Shown here: positions 61,966 to 64,000 of the stretch, piece after piece
How positions within the stretch are numbered: position 1 is the stretch's first letter
Layout: each line of letters begins with the position of its first letter
Assembly: GCA_035221665.1 (NCBI GenBank)
Contig: CM069143.1
Location: 45,322,001-45,386,000 of the forward strand
Direction of reading: 5' to 3'
Length of the DNA: 64,000 bases
Origin: Okamejei kenojei
Lineage: Eukaryota
The notes under the pieces: generated by a model
The model's database searches: none
Seen by the model: only the letters and a program-made list of their open reading frames with translations
Told to the model about the DNA's origin: nothing
Position numbers and translations under genes: made by a program

Positions 61966-63652
61966 ACAGGGACAGCAACCTAGAGAGGCAACCCAGGATA
62001 AATATTTCCCTCCCTACATGGGCATGTGTTATGTCCTGACTGTTTTGGTGCAAAACAGTGACCTCTGGCCTTTAAGACTTAGTGCCTTGTGAGTGGCTGG
62101 ATATGTCCTGGTTATGATTATTTCCATAGTCAAATATGAGGAATCATTGTTCAAGCTCCAACATGAAGGATGCCTGCTTGAACAAGGTTCTGGACAGTTG
62201 CCAAACTGCAAGTCCCTTTTGAAATTGCATCCCAACCAGAATCAATGAATTCAGAATGAACTCTGGGGAAAAACATGTATATTCCAGATGATAACAGTTA
62301 GTACCTTTAGTGAGATTATTTTTGTGTATATTCTGCAGTAGCATGCAATACATAATTAAAAAAAGCACATGCTTCCTTAACTCAATTATAGTTACGTTAA
62401 GAATTTTCTGTGCTAAGTCAATCTAGTTTTCACTTGGTTTAGAACACAGCCCCTAGAGTGCTAATAAACTGCCTGATTATCTCAGATTCTGCTTAGTTTG
62501 TCATCTACACCAGAATGCAATACAATTATTTGTTTGCATGTAGCTCACAGAGTAAACAATACACATACAGTAATAAATGCCATAATAAATACGTGTAAAG
62601 CAGCAGAATGGTGCCGAGATTGTAGTGCAAACTAATGTAGTGCAAAAAATACTTAGGTACAATAACAGAATAACCAAAAGAGGTAGAGTTAAGAGTAAGA
62701 GTAGTGGCAGCACCTCCTGGATCTCTTATCCACAAAAGCAAAACTTTCTTTGGGATGAATACCAGGCCCCTCTCCTAAGGATGTAAATTGGTGTGAGTCG
62801 GTGGCTTTACAGTCATTGCTGTTCTTCCAACTCACAGGATGGAACCAATAGTTTATCAAGCGTTTTAATGAATAAGAGTCTATATAAAGTTATATTGAAT
62901 TACAGACCGAAATTCTCACTCTGACTCAATATGTTATTGATCTATATTTCTCAATTGACGTTTCTTGTTGATTTGGCAGATGGACATGAAATTTTAGAAG
63001 CTGTTATGCAAGTTTGTAATCCATACAATGTCTTCTGTAGTAATGGAGTGAAGGAAAACACACTTATTAGTTAATAATCTTCTTGAGCAACAGTTCATAA
63101 GATTGCCTATGGTTTGGACACCTCTCCACAACTTCATATCATCCATCCTTCAACTTCCATTTCAATAACAGGTGGTTGCTGTGCCCAGATGGAGCTGACA
63201 TACAGTACATTTTCTACATGGCAGTAGAGGAAGTGGCTAATTACACAAGGTCCATAATATTATTCCGATTCTTGGTGCTCCTAGTCAATGTTGTTGAGGG
63301 ATATGAAACAGCTTAGATGGCCTAATGATGAAAAAGACCCCCTTGGTATTCAATTCTTTTTTGGAATAATGGAAAGCAATTTTGATTGAACATTGAAAAA
63401 TGAACAACTTGCAAATCGTACATTACCAGCCAATGACAAATCACGGTTAAAACAAAACTGCAAATATGTTATGTTTTAGCAACTTGGTTGCATTCATGTG
63501 AAACCTTCTGTTTACTGTAAGCCAATAGTACTCAAGTAATACCGGGAGCATTTTCAGCCAGCCATTGTTTTACATGCAGCTTTGGCAGACCTGCTGTTTT
63601 GTGTGCCACTGTTTTTTTTATGTGTGCAGTAATGGATGTTGGCTGAGCTGAG

Positions 63653-64000
63653 ATTTCATTTCGGAGTCACGTGAGTGACTTCGTGAAGACCCCGCCAGGC
63701 ACGCATGCGCGACATATCGTCGACCACATGTGAGCGACAGGCAGTGAGGAGCGTTGCTCCTCTACTGCAGGGACCTGCAGGTAAGAAAAACTAATCCGCA
63801 GTCCTTTTTTCATTTCAAGTGACTCTGTTCACAGGGTCTCCAGGCCGCCTCGAATCTGACTGCAGTGGGCAGTCAGCGGCGGCGCCAACAGACTGGAGTC
63901 GGGAAGAGCCCGTTGACCAGAAGGGTCCGGGCTCACACACTCGCCAGCAGAGGCAGCCCGACTCTACACCGCAGCCCGCAGGACACCACGGGCTGGCGGC
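63653..64000 (+). mobile_element. Left end of a second DIRS1-family element (runs off window)
   Basis: ttcggagtcacgtgagtgacttcgtgaagaccccgcc matches the left ITR at 20901-20939; abrupt switch to GC/CpG-rich sequence. Confidence 0.8.

Overview
Vertebrate, repeat-dense, essentially non-coding DNA. The repeat set (HE1-type V-SINEs with CR1 partner LINEs, a SacSINE1-like Deu-SINE, abundant Penelope pseudo-LTRs) points to a cartilaginous fish, probably a skate or ray (inference). I recognise no host protein-coding exon; nearly all listed ORFs are transposon fragments or noise. A CpG island at about 32.2-34.6 kb looks like the promoter and first exon of a minus-strand gene, with possible UTR exons downstream. 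The structured elements are: (1) a full-length DIRS1-type tyrosine-recombinase retroelement (20891-27324) with nearly perfect ITR/ICR termini but a ruined, AT-rich RT-RNaseH-methylase-YR interior, plus the left end of a second, GC-rich DIRS copy at the window end; (2) a class I ERV provirus (37609-46249, minus) with a 4-bp TSD, a perfect tRNA-Pro PBS, gag, a pol lacking RT/RNaseH, and no recognisable env; (3) a Rex1/Babar LINE carrying a Passport-like Tc1 and a Tx1 insertion; (4) many short Penelope-derived inserts with minimal hammerhead cores, several built as fold-back palindromes with TSDs, one showing clustered A-to-G changes. Boundaries of degenerate repeats are approximate; family names come from motif recognition, not database searches.
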